Positions 27,385-39,310 of a stretch of 64,000 bases of DNA are shown piece by piece. Source of the stretch: Octopus vulgaris. Taxonomy: Eukaryota. The stretch covers positions 87,110,001-87,174,000 of the forward strand of contig OX597818.1 of assembly GCA_951406725.2 (NCBI GenBank), given 5' to 3'. The notes beneath the pieces are model-generated. The model worked only from the letters and a program-made list of their open reading frames with translations. It was not told the DNA's origin and searched no databases. Position 1 is the stretch's first letter. Each line of letters begins with the position of its first letter. Made by a program: the position numbers and the translations under genes.

Positions 27385-27882
27385 GTGACCAAAACTAATC
27401 ATCATCATTATCACCACCATAATCATCATCGTCATTTTCATCATCATCATCATCATCATCATCATTACCACCATTATTATCATTATCTTCGTCATCACCA
27501 CTACCATCGTTGTCTTCATCACCACAACCTCCATCATCCTCATCAGAATCATCACCACCTCCACCATTCATTAATATAACCACCACCACCACCACCACCA
27601 TTATCATCGTCATCACCACCACCACCATCATCAACATCATCATCTTCACACCACCACCACCATCACAACCTACATCGTCCTCATCAGAATCATCACCACC
27701 TCCACCACTATTCATTAATATAACCACCATCACCACCACCACCACCACCAGCATTATCGTTGTCATCACCATTTTCATCATCATCACCACCACCACCATC
27801 ACAACCTACATCGTCCTCATCAGAATCATCACCACCTCCACCACCATTCATTAATATTACCACCACCACCACCACCATCATA
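27385..27882. repeat. (CAT/CAC)n low-complexity tract with a thrice-repeated cassette
   Basis: cctcatcagaatcatcaccacctccacca...ttcattaatat occurs three times. Confidence 0.85.
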
Positions 27883-28102
27883 AGTTATTGCTAACCTAGA
27901 CATTGAACCACTGTACCCCACACTCTCCCATCCCTGCTCTAGTTTCTTTATATTCTTCCTTTTCTTACCTACTTCTATCTCTCCTTCTTATCTTTCTTTG
28001 TTCCACTCTTATTTTCACTCTCCCTCTCTCTCTCACCTTTCTCTTTTCTCATCTTTCTTCACCTCAAACATGACTTTACCGTTTGCTCTCTGCATTAATG
28101 TG

Positions 28103-28158
<56 letters not shown>

Positions 28159-28689
28159 CTGATAGAAATAAGTATCTGTTAATAATTCATCTTTAAAACT
28201 ACATAAGCTTGTGTATCTGTCAGTGAGTATTCAATTGCACAAATATGTGTGTGTGTGTGCAGATATACTCATATAATATAAATGACTATATATGCATGTA
28301 TATTATTTCAACGCAAATGTACAGATATGGAAATACAGTATGTAAACCCCTGTCAGTAATCATTATAAGGAGTGAACTACTATTTATGAATGTGTATATA
28401 TATATTTCAAGGCAGTGCCCCAGCCTGGCCACAGTCAAATGACTGAAACAAGTGTGTGTTGTTGTTGTTAGAAATTCAAAATAGTTATACAGCATTTTCT
28501 ATTTCTGTCTCTAATAAAGCTTTCTTTGTTCATTATATAGCATCCTTCTCTATCTTTTATACATCATTCTCTGTTGATAATGGAGGTTTTTCCTGTCCAT
28601 TATATTGCCTCCTCTATGTATTATACAGCAGTGTTTTTTTATACAACTTGATTTGATGCATTATACAGCCATCTCTTATCCCTTATGCA

Positions 28690-29625
28690 GTTTTTGCTGT
28701 ACATTAATCAACCTTTTTCTATCCATTATATGCCTTCTCCTACCCATTATACAGCCCCCTTTCCCCATTATACAGCCCTTTTCCCCATTATACAGCCTCT
28801 TTTCTCCATTATACAGCTTCTTCTCTCCATTGTACAGGCTCTCCTATCCATTATATGGTATTTTCTATCTATTATACAGCCTCTTCTGTCTATTATACTA
28901 CCTCTCCTATCCATCATACAGCCTCTACTATCCTTCATACAGCCTCTCCTATCCTTCATACAGCCTCTCCTAGCCATCATACAGCCTCTCCTATCCATCA
29001 TACAGCCTCTCCTATCCATCATACAGCCTCTCCTATCCATCATACAGTCTCTCCTATCCATCATACCGCCTCTCCTATCCATCATACAGCCTCTCCTATC
29101 CATCATACAGCCTCTACTATCCATCATACAGCCTCTACTATCCATCATACAGTCTCTCCTATCCATCATACAGCCTCTCCTATCCATTATACAGCCTCAA
29201 CTATCTTGTATACAGCTCCTGCTCATTATACAGCCTCTTCTCCATTATACAGCCTCTTCTCTCCAACACACAGCCTCTCCTATCCATCATACAGCCTCTC
29301 CTATCCATCATACAATCTCTCCTATCCATCATACATTCTCTCCTATCCATCATACATTCTCTCCTATCCATCATACATTCTCTCCTATCCATCATACAGC
29401 CTCTTCTATCCATTATACAGCCTCAACTATCTTGTATACAGCTCCTTCTGCTCATTATACAGCCTCTTCTCTCCATTATACAGCCTCTTCTCTCCAACAC
29501 ACAGCCTCTCCTATCCATCATACAGCCTCTCCTATCCATCATACAGGCTCTCTTATCTATCATACTGTCTCTTCTATCCATTATACAGTCTCAGCTATCT
29601 AGTATACAGCTCCTTCTGTTCATTA
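28690..29625. repeat. 21-bp minisatellite (CCATCATACAGCCTCTCCTAT)n
   Basis: About 40 units, homogeneous in the centre and decayed at the edges, with a higher-order repeat around 29170-29310 / 29390-29545. Confidence 0.95.
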
Positions 29626-30099
29626 TGCAGACTTTTCAGAAAACCTGTCCAGCCATTTTGCTGTTCATATTTTGTAAAGGCCAATGGAAATATTACTTTG
29701 CTTCAAAATAGGTGATGGTTAGTGACAGGAAAAGCATCTGGCTGTAAAAATCTGTCTCAGTGAATTGTATCTAACCTACAAAATCAGGGAAAAGTGGACA
29801 TTAAATGATGATGTATATTTATATGTTGAAGACATGTGGCTTAGTAATTTGGGCGTTACACTCATGATCACAAGATTGTGGTTTCAATTCTCAGACCAAC
29901 AATGTGTTATGTTCTTCAGGCTGTGTTGTGAAACTGGACAACAAATTACATCTATTTGCTCCCTACTGTGTTAATACCAATTCTGCCAATCTTTCTCTCC
30001 AACTTTCATCTCCAGGAGTTACACCCTCAAATTTTACTGACCCCCCAAATCTTAAGCTGTCCAGTAACTCATGCATTTTTTATTTTTGTTGTTTTACAG

Positions 30100-30194
30100 A
30101 AGCAAGTTTTGCTGTGAAGGCTCGTGCCATTAAAGAACACTCAAACCAGTATGACATCCATGGACTTGCTTTCAAGGAAGGGGAATATATTAAG
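30100..30194 (+). CDS. caskin: Internal coding exon, N-terminal half of an SH3 domain, Caskin-like scaffold protein
   Basis: Acceptor tttttatttttgttgttttacag| and donor AAG|gtaagc; 95 nt, phase 1 to phase 0. Translates (E)ASFAVKARAIKEHSNQYDIHGLAFKEGEYIK, which fits the SH3 start pattern (xxRAxxD/E...YD...LxFxxGxxI). From recall it resembles the Caskin ankyrin/SH3 junction (EASxxLQVRAxKDYxNxYDxxxLxxxxGDxIxV). The symbol rests on motif recognition only. Confidence 0.75.
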
Positions 30195-30375
30195 GTAAGC
30201 TCACATATTTTAGGGGTTTCCTAATGTTGTTCTGTAGCCCCAGGTCTATCATAATCCGTGATCTGGTGCAATCAAATGTATTCCAACTGTGACCTACGTG
30301 TATTTTATTCAAACATAGGCTATTGTCTCGTATCCCATTATCCAGTATGTGTGTGTTGCAGGTGATGCAGTAATT

Positions 30376-31315
30376 AGGTACAGGTGTGGCTGTGTGGTCA
30401 AGAGATTTGCTTTCCAACCATAGTATCTAGGGTTCAGTCCTTACTGCATGGCATCTTGAGCAAGTGTTTTCTTTAGCCCTGCAAAGCCCAAAGCTTTGTG
30501 AGTGGGTTTGGTAGACGTAAGATGAATAAGCACATGTTTGTGTATGTGTGTGTGTGTGTCTTTTTGTTTGTCCCTCATCACCACTTGATAATCAGTGTTG
30601 GTTTGTTTACATCCCCATAACTGTGGTTTGGCCAAAGAAAGTGATAGAATAAGTACCAGGCTTAAAAACGTAGATAGGTACTAGAAGCAATTTGTTTAAA
30701 TAAAAAAAAATATTCAAGGCAATGCCCCAGCATGGCCAGAGTCCAGTAACTGAAATGAGTAAAAATAGAAGATATATATACATCAGGAGTGGCTTGCTTA
30801 CCAACCACATGGTTCCAAGTTCAGCCCCACTGTGTGGCACCTTGGGCAACTGTCTTCTACTCTAGCTCGGGCAACCAAAGCCTTGTGAGTGGATTTGGTC
30901 AATGGGAACTGAGAGAAGCCTGTCATATATGTATATATTAAAAGCACAGGAGTGGCTGTGTGGTAAGAAGCTTGCTTCCCAACCACATGGCTCCAGTTTC
31001 AGTCCCACTGCATTGCACCTTGGGCAAGAGTCTTCTACTATAGCCTTGGGATGACCAAAGCCTTGTGAGTGGATTTGGTAGATGGAAACTGAAAGAATCC
31101 CATATATATATATATGTGTGTGTTTGTGTTTGTCCCCCCACCATCGTTGACAACTGATGCTGGTGTGTTTACATTCCCGTAACTTAGCAGTTCAGCAAAA
31201 GAGACCGATAGAATAAGTACTAGGCTTACAAAGAATAAGTCCTGGGGTTGATTTATTTGACTAAAGGTGGTGCTCCAGCATGGCCACAGTCAAATAGCTG
31301 AGACAAAATAATAAA
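30376..31315 (+). mobile_element. Three tandem family C SINEs just downstream of the SH3 exon
   Basis: ~30376-30770, 30785-30930 (head only) and 30943-31315. Confidence 0.82.
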
Positions 31316-31499
31316 AGAACACTTAATTGAAAGGTTTCTATTACTCAGAGTCAACTATATGTCACTCATAGAAAAGTTCCTCTCCAGGACAGATTCCAGA
31401 CAAAGTTCTTTTATGGAAAACCCAGCTATTACTCATACACACACGTATATACAATGGTATCACATATACACACATCTGGGTGTATTCTGTAACACATAA

Positions 31500-31733
31500 T
31501 TAACCCTTTTGATATCAACCAACTAGAAACCACTCTTGGTTCTATGATAAAAACTTCCTGTTTCAAAATTAATCTAAATTAAAAGCCTTCCATCCAAATT
31601 TTATGCTAATTTATATTCCAGACACCAACGTGAATAAAAACAAAGTTGTTTTACTAAATTCTTCATTATTTTCGAAAGTAATTGAAACAGACATGGTGTA
31701 TTTCAACAGAAATGTGGTATTGAAAGCATTTAA
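31500..31733. mobile_element. TTAA-flanked MITE, second family
   Basis: ttaacccttttgata...tattgaaagcatttaa; a partial homologue lies at ~5520-5635. Confidence 0.55.
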
Positions 31734-31976
31734 CATAATCATATTATCTTTGCAGCTAATGCACATGTTAATAGAATACAGTAAATGTGTACGAACATGT
31801 ACTCAGCTTTACATATGAGGTTCCTTTGTCTGTGTATACATAAATTTAGTTGTTTTGTTCAAGACCACCCTGATTAAAAAGATACACGGTCCTAGATATT
31901 CTAGCTATGACTGCCCTGTCTTTTTTGCTTTTGTGCAAGGAATCTAAGACAATATTCAATACGTTCTCTTTATATG

Positions 31977-32275
31977 GTGGAGGCGCTATGGCCCAGTGGT
32001 TAGGGCAGCGGACTCGCGGTTTCGATTTCCAGACCGGGCGTTGTATGTGTTTATTGAGCGAAAACACCTAAAAGCTCCGCGAGGCTACGGCAGAGGGTGG
32101 TGGCGACTCCTGATGTACTCTTTCGCCACAGCCTTCTCTCACTCTCACTTCCTGTTTCTTGAGTAAGGCTGCGATGGACTGGCATCCCATCCAGCTGGGG
32201 GGAACACATACGCCACAGAAACCGGGAAACCGGGCCCATGAGCCTGGCTAGGCTTGAAAAGGGGCAACATTTTTA
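31977..32275 (+). mobile_element. tRNA-derived SINE family D, young copy with TSD
   Basis: A box tggcccagtggttagg, B box ggtttcgatttcc, CpG-rich body with gcgatggactggcatcccatccag; 12-bp direct repeat tctctttatatg at 31965-31976 and 32276-32287. Confidence 0.85.
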
Positions 32276-32605
32276 TCTCTTTATATGATCAAAGATTTTC
32301 CAGCTATGACCATCCTGTCTTTTATGCTTTTGGGCAAGGAATCAAAGACAAGACAATATTATCCAATATGCTCGTTTTTTTTTTTTTAAAAACAGTATGA
32401 TGTGAGGAAGATTTGGTTCCTATTTCTACCAGGTTGTGCTATCATGTAGACCACTACCTTATTGTCTCATGTACACTAGATGTGTTTACAGTGTGTGAAA
32501 GTTGAGACCACACACACTCACACACTGTGCCAGTAAAAGCTTTTAAGATGATAGGATCTGACATGAATGGAATGTTAGCTACATGATTGTGTGTGTGTGT
32601 GTGTG

Positions 32606-32652
<47 letters not shown>

Positions 32653-32891
32653 TTCTGTGTGTATAAAGTATTTTCGATATCTTCCCAAATTTCCACAGAT
32701 CCCACCAACCATCTTCCTTTCCAACTTCCTTCCCATCCCTTAACCAATCTCACCCTTAATCTGATCCCTAGATATCCTCCCTAGAGCTCTGCTTACACTA
32801 TGCCTCTGCAATCAATTTGGTAAAAATTTTCTATTAATTAATGTTCATGTTACACCTGGATACTCTCTGTGTGTATTTGTGTGTGTTTGCT

Positions 32892-32926
<35 letters not shown>

Positions 32927-33449
32927 ACACACACACACATATATTATGTATGCGTGTATGTATGTGTATGTCTTTTCACTAATGTGTATATTTGCTGGTA
33001 CATTTGTTCACTGGTGTGTGTTGACTGTTGTGTATATATGTGTTTGTTCTTGTGTGAATATATGCTGTCAGTGTGTGTGTATAATGTATGTGTGTGTGTA
33101 TGTATGTGTGTATATATATATATATAGGTTTTGTCTCATGCTACATATGATGATGATGATGATGATATACTACTAATGCTGCAGTCACCACTACAACTAC
33201 TTCCACCATTGCCATAACTTCTACCACTCCTCCACCACCGCTACTGCTACAGTTGCCATGGACAACAATGGTGATGAACAAGGAAGTTTTAAAACATCTT
33301 CCATTATGTTTAAAACAAAGAACAGATGAGTGTCTTTTGTGTTTTTTTTTTGGTGCTGAGGTTGGTAGTTGGTGACTGATGGGGAAATGTATGTGTATTT
33401 ATGTACATAACATATCTCTCTCTTGCTTTCTCTCTCTCTCTCTCTCCCT

Positions 33450-33509
<60 letters not shown>

Positions 33510-33575
33510 GTGTGTGTGTCTGTCAAATATATGTGGTGATGTCAAGGTATGAATAAATAATGATGTATGCATGTG

Positions 33576-33625
<50 letters not shown>

Positions 33626-34064
33626 ATATATATGTAGTAGTAATAGTAGTAAAAAGCTTATTGTATACTGTGCTTTGGTGCACTACAACCTGTTAGGAAA
33701 ATGTAAAAGGGCGGGGTCAGAAAACAGCTATAAGTCAAATAAAGGCAGACTGCAATGCTTGCCAAAAGTACGTATGTAGCAGACAGGATAAAAGACAAGA
33801 AGACAGAAAAGTGGTCAGTGAAAAAAAAAAAAAAAAAAAGTAAAAAGGAATGGGTGCAGAGGTACGCCAAGAGTAATCTTGGTGAATTTCAGGGAGCATG
33901 GGAATTTTGAAGGGTGCAGTGTTTTGATCTCTAATTACTGACGTGGGGTAGTTTATTGCATGCTTTGATAATTCTGAACATGGGGGGAAAATGTTTCTAA
34001 AAGTTATGAGTACTGCATTGCTTTTCGATTTTATAAGAGTGCCCTCAAGTGGTAGAGGTATTCT

Positions 34065-34512
34065 TTTCTATTATAGGCACAAAACCTGAAATTTTTGGTT
34101 GTTAGGGGGGGGGGGGTTGATTACGTTGGCCCCCAATGCTCAACTGGTGTTCATTCTATAGAACTTGAAAAGTTGAAAAACAAAGTCGACCATGGTAGAA
34201 TTTGAACTCAGAATGTAAAGACAGACAAAACACTCTAGACGGTAACGATTCTGCTAGTTCACTGCCTTGACTCTTAAGCTGCTGCTAGCCACAATCACAA
34301 CAACAGCAACAACAACAATTCTTTCTGCTATAGGTGCAAGGCCAGCAATTCCAAGGGAGGAGTAAGTCGATTACATTAATCCCCCAGTATTCAACTGTTA
34401 CTTATTTTATCAATCCCAAAAGGATGAAAGGCAAAGTCAATTTCGGTGGAATTTGAATTTAGAAATGTAAAGACATGAAAAACTGCCAAGCATTTTGTTC
34501 AACCTGCTAGTG
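34065..34512 (-). mobile_element. Two older SINE family B copies
   Basis: Diverged reverse complements of the family B consensus. Confidence 0.7.
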
Positions 34513-35299
34513 ATTGTACCAGATTGCTGCTTTGCATACGACAGAGATATTGATTTCCAAAATATGATCAAAATTGTTGTTAGAAAGAGGGTAGATAACC
34601 CCGGTAGGCTTCTATCAAGTCACTTGCTAGTCATTGATGTTTTAGTATTTTAATAAAATATCTCCACTGATGATTGTGTATGCACCCTCTGAGACATTAA
34701 AATCATTGTGAAATCACATGGCTTAGCGGTTAGTGTTGCACTCATGATCGCAAGATCATAGTTTCAGTTCCCAGACTTGCTGTGTGTTGTGTTCTTGAGC
34801 AAACACTAATTCCAGTTGCCTCAGGCCACTCAGTTGTAAATGGGTAACCTTGTGATGGACTGACATTTAAGGGTGTTCTTCCTGTCACCAACCCTCACCT
34901 GTTTCCAAACAAGGTAACATTCCTCAGGGCCAGACATGTTCTTGTCATACCATCCAACCCATTCCAGCATGGAACATGGATGTTAAATAATGATTGTGAT
35001 GATGGGGTATATATATGGCATGTAAAAAGCACTGACTATGTTCTCAGATTGGTTGGCACTAAGAAGGGCATCCAGCTGTAGAAACTTTGCCAGATCAGAT
35101 TGGAGCCTGGTGCAGCCTCCTGGCTTGCCAGTCCTCAGTCAAACTGTCCATATATATATGTGCTTGTGTATGGATTTTTATTTGTTCTGTTTGTTCTACC
35201 AAACTATATATGTATATTCATGCTTGTGTTAATATGTGTGTGGTTGCGTCCATATACACATAAGTGAAACTATATACATATATCTAATATACATTGACT

Positions 35300-35642
35300 T
35301 GACTGGCTTTCTGTGCCAGTGGCACATAAAAAGCACCATCCGAACGTTGCCGATGCCAGCGCCACCTTGACTGGCTTCTGTGCTGTGGCACGTAAAAAGC
35401 ACCAACCAATCGTGGCCACTGGCAGACTTCCCTGGCACCTGTGCTGGTGGCACCTGTGCTGGTGGCACGTAAAAAGCACCCACTACACTCACGGAGTGGT
35501 TGGCATTAGGAAGGGCATCCAGCTGTAGAAACACTGCCAGATCAGTCTGGAGCCTGGTGCAGCCTTCTGGCTTCCCAGACCCCGGTCGAACCGTCCAACC
35601 CATGCAAGCATGGAAAACGGACGTAAAACGATGATGATAATG
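35300..35642 (+). mobile_element. Family A copy with internal tandem modules
   Basis: Three gtgcyrgtggcacrtaaaaagcacc-type modules precede the family A body and (GAT)n tail. Confidence 0.8.
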
Positions 35643-36361
35643 AAAAGGAAACGTGTTTTTTTTCATGTGTATTTATATTACTTTCACCAGTGTGTATATG
35701 CAAACATCGGGATAAATGAATATTTACACTTGGTTCTTCTTAACTGCATATACATCAGATACACATACTCGTGTGTGTGTGTGTGGAGGGGAGCTAAAGT
35801 CCACCAACTAGACAGTAGTCTTGTTGCACCATTCAACCTATGTCAACATAGATGGTCATTAAATGATGATGATAATGTGTTTACTCTTACACACATTCAT
35901 GCACGTGCATGCATACACGTGTGTGTATGTATGTATATATATATATATATCTTATAATCTCATGTACATGCATGCTCTTTCACATGTACAAACATGTAAT
36001 TCATTTATATATGTCTATGTGAATGCACTTCTTTACATAAATAAGAATTGTACTCACTCACTCACAAACACACACATACACACACTATATTAACCTCATC
36101 AGTCTCAGAAGGCCTACAGAAATGCTAAGTTGCCAAGACATGAACAGTGAACCCACTCCCGGCCCTCATTCTCTCCACCACCCCGTCTGTCTTGACAAAG
36201 CTGAGAGTAAAGTTCATGAGTCTAGATAAGTTTGTATGCCATGGGGAGAACAAGAATCTGATGCCTTCTCTCTCTCTCTCTCTCTCTCTCTGACATTATC
36301 TGTCTCTCCCTCTGTCTTTCTCATGCTATCTCTCTTTCTCTCTTTCATAGACATATGTAAA

Positions 36362-36762
36362 TAGGTGCAGGCATGACTGTGTGGTAAGAAGCTTGCTTCC
36401 CAACCACATAGTTCCAGGTTCAGTCCCAGGGCATCGCACCTTAGGCAATATTGCCTTGGGCCGACCAAATTCTTGTGAGTGGATTTGGTAGACAGAAACT
36501 GAAAGAAGCCTATTGTCTGTGTGTGTTTCTGAGTATATTTATGTGTGTCTTTGTGTCTGTTTCTGTCCCCCCACCCAACGTTGTTTGACAACTGATGTTG
36601 GTATGTTTATGTCCCTGTAACTTAGCAGTTCAGCAAAAGAGACCAATAGAATAAGTACCAGGCTTACAAAGAGTAAACCCTTGGGTTGATTTCTTTGACT
36701 AAAACCCTTTAACGCAGTGCTCCAGCATGGCCACAGTCAGATGACTGAAACAGTGTAAAAGA
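36362..36762 (+). mobile_element. SINE family C
   Basis: Colinear with 3780-4170. Confidence 0.85.
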
Positions 36763-37299
36763 ACACTCTCTTTACAACATTTGTTTTGTTTTTTTTTGTT
36801 TTTTTTAAAGCTTTTTCTCAGGAGAGTAAGGCAGTTGCCCATGATTCTTACCACGGCCTCTAAAACTTATGGGAGAAAAGGAGTGGGGTGGGTTAGGGGA
36901 GAAACATGCCCTCAAATCAGAAACTTGGCCTGAATACTTGGTACAAAGTGGACTTTTCTAAAAGTACCCAAGGTACCTGGTGTTTGTATTTCACTAAGTG
37001 ACTGACAAAGTCTACTGCCCAAGCAGGCTATGGTGAGATTTGAACTCAGAAAGGAGAGCTGGAACAAACACAACACAGCATTCCTATTGTCCTTTTAATT
37101 CATTTTTTTAAAATTATGAACATTTTCACATTAAAATACCAATATGCATATGAAGGGTAACCATGTAAGAGTGGCATCTCACTGCAAACAGAGTACCTCT
37201 ACATCTAGAGGCAGAGAGGATATCCAGAAATGAGCAGAGTATATCCAGTTATATGCAGGGCATCCTGTTATAAAGTCCTAGGGCTTTCACGATCTAGCT

Positions 37300-37640
37300 C
37301 AGGGGTTCTCAACCATTTTTTATCTATGGGCCCCTTTGTTTACCATTTTACCTAACCCCATTGCCTCTTGATGTTTAAAAACTAGCTTTATAGATTCTTC
37401 TTCCAAAATTCCTGTTTTGCTTTTCACACATTAACTTGTGTAGTTTGAACTATATAAAATATTTGAGAAAGAAACCCAGCTCTCTTGCAATACATACATC
37501 AAAAGCAAAATTTTTTTCATTGATCCTTAATATAACTACTGTAGATCCTCAGTTAACTGTTTTGCTTTTGTGACCCCCACCCCAAAAAAAATCTTATATG
37601 GGCCCCCAGAGACCATATAAATCTTGGTTGAGAGCCATTG
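37300..37640. mobile_element. hAT (Charlie-like) MITE
   Basis: TIRs caggggttctcaacc / ggttgagagccattg; flanks atctagct / ctctaatc resemble a decayed 8-bp NTCTAGAN TSD. Confidence 0.65.
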
Positions 37641-37689
37641 CTCTAATCCATTGCCTTGAATTGATAATTGTTTTTTTTTATTTTAACCT

Positions 37690-38230
37690 TAAATGTACAG
37701 CTTTTGTAAAACAAAATCCATTGATGTGCTCCACTTCTTAGTCACCCATTTTTTGGCAGCCCTCACTTTTGAGAAATTTTGTTGAAGCAAAGTTGTCGTC
37801 CTCAGCATCAATAAAGCTTTTGACCTTGTCTGGCATGCAAATCTCCCACTGAAACTGCCTATGAGCACCACTAAGCTCCTATTTCTTAGACAAGTAACTT
37901 CCAAACACATCGCACTATTGTGTTTTTGGAGTTCTTTCTGTACTTCATTTTATAAAGTCCAGCATGTCCAAAGGAATCAGTTTTATCCACATCCCACTCA
38001 CTCTTACTTTCATATTACCGACGACTTAGCCACCTCCACTCAGGTATTCCCATGGTACCTCTCTCTCCTCCTCCATCACTCACATTGTGTCCATTCCCTC
38101 TACCATTTGACCCTGTATTAATCACTACACCCAGTCCTTCCCAGAATGTTATCCTGCTGGAATTCATCTCCCCACTCACATCCCACTGCCTACTCATTCT
38201 CCTACCGGAGAATAAAGCGTATACTTGAGA
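37690..38230 (+). mobile_element. Degenerate LINE RT relic
   Basis: Translates SKVVVLSINKAFDLVWHANLPLKLP (the RT xDxxKAFDxVWH motif) and later ...CWNSSP, resembling the ORF2 end; internally deleted. Confidence 0.5.
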
Positions 38231-38267
38231 TAGGCCACACACACATACACACATGTATATATGTGGT

Positions 38268-38890
38268 GGGTGCCTTTCAGTTTCCATCTACTGAATCCAC
38301 TCAAAGCTTTGGTCAATGTGGGGCTAAAGTGGAAAATACATCATAACCTACAGTGGGACTGAACTTGAAACCATGTGGTTGTTGAGCAAACTTGTTAACC
38401 ACACAGCCATGCTTGTGGTAAGAAGCTTGCTTCCCAACCACATGGTTCCAGGTTCAGTCCCACTGCGTGACACCTTGGGCAAGCGTCTTCTACTATAGCT
38501 CAAGCTGACCAAAGCCTTATGAGTGGATTTAGTAGGTGGAAACTGAAAGAGGCTCGTTGTGTATGTATAAATAAATATATACATCATCATCATCATCATC
38601 ATCATTGTTTAACATCCGCTTTCCATGCTAGCATGGGTTGGACGGTTCAACTGGGGTCTGGCAAGCCCGAAGGCTGCACCAGGCCAGTCAGATCTGGCAG
38701 TGTTTCTACAGCTGGATGCCCTTCCTAACGCCAACCACTCCGAGAGTATGTATTTGTGTCTGTCTGTTCTCCACCATCACTTGACAACCGATGTTGATAT
38801 GTTTATGTCACCGTATCTAGCAGTTCGGCAAAAACGAGTGATAGAATAAGCACTTGGCTTACAAAGAATAAATCCTGGGCTTGATTTCTT
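38268..38890. mobile_element. Head-to-head family C SINEs, the + copy interrupted by a family A copy
   Basis: Minus head 38268-38411, plus copy from 38412; family A (-) at ~38583-38748 sits in the internal microsatellite position. Confidence 0.75.
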
Positions 38891-39044
38891 CAACAGATGT
38901 TAAACAATGATGATACACACACAATATATATGTGTGTGTGTGTGTGTGTGTGGTTGGCATTAAGAAGGGCATTTGGCTGTAGGAACCATGCCAAATCAGA
39001 CTAGAACCTTGTGCAGTTCTCTGGCTTACCAGTTCCAGTCAACC

Positions 39045-39310
39045 CTATTTCTTTACTACCCACAAGGGACTAAACACAAACAAGGACAGACAAACGGATT
39101 ACTACCCACAAGGGACTAAACACAAACAAGAACAGACAAACGGATTAAGTCGATTACATCAACCCCAGTGCGTAACTGGTACTTAATTTATCGACCCCAA
39201 AAGGATCAAAGGCAAAGTCGACCTCGGTGGAATTTGAACTCAGAATGTAGTGGTAGACGAAATACCGCTAAGCATTTCGCCCGACATGCTAACGATTCTG
39301 CCAGCTTGCC
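39045..39310 (-). mobile_element. SINE family B nested in a family A copy
   Basis: Family A (38950-39365) is split; direct repeat ccagtcaa on both sides; internal ~45-bp tandem duplication at 39053-39147. Confidence 0.8.

Noticed and set aside
28605-29715. Heptad-repeat proteins (IIQPLLS / MMDRRGC) or a CRISPR-like array
   Set aside because: A head-to-tail 21-bp minisatellite with no unique spacers, open in several frames on both strands, no cas genes, and eukaryotic context.
30362-30377. Acceptor-like gttgcag|GTG as the missing SH3 second-half exon
   Set aside because: Reads V-M-Q-stop and runs into a SINE head.
31977-32050. tRNA gene
   Set aside because: The A/B boxes belong to a SINE head: no complete cloverleaf, and it continues into a SINE body with a TSD. 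The same applies to the heads of families B, C and E.
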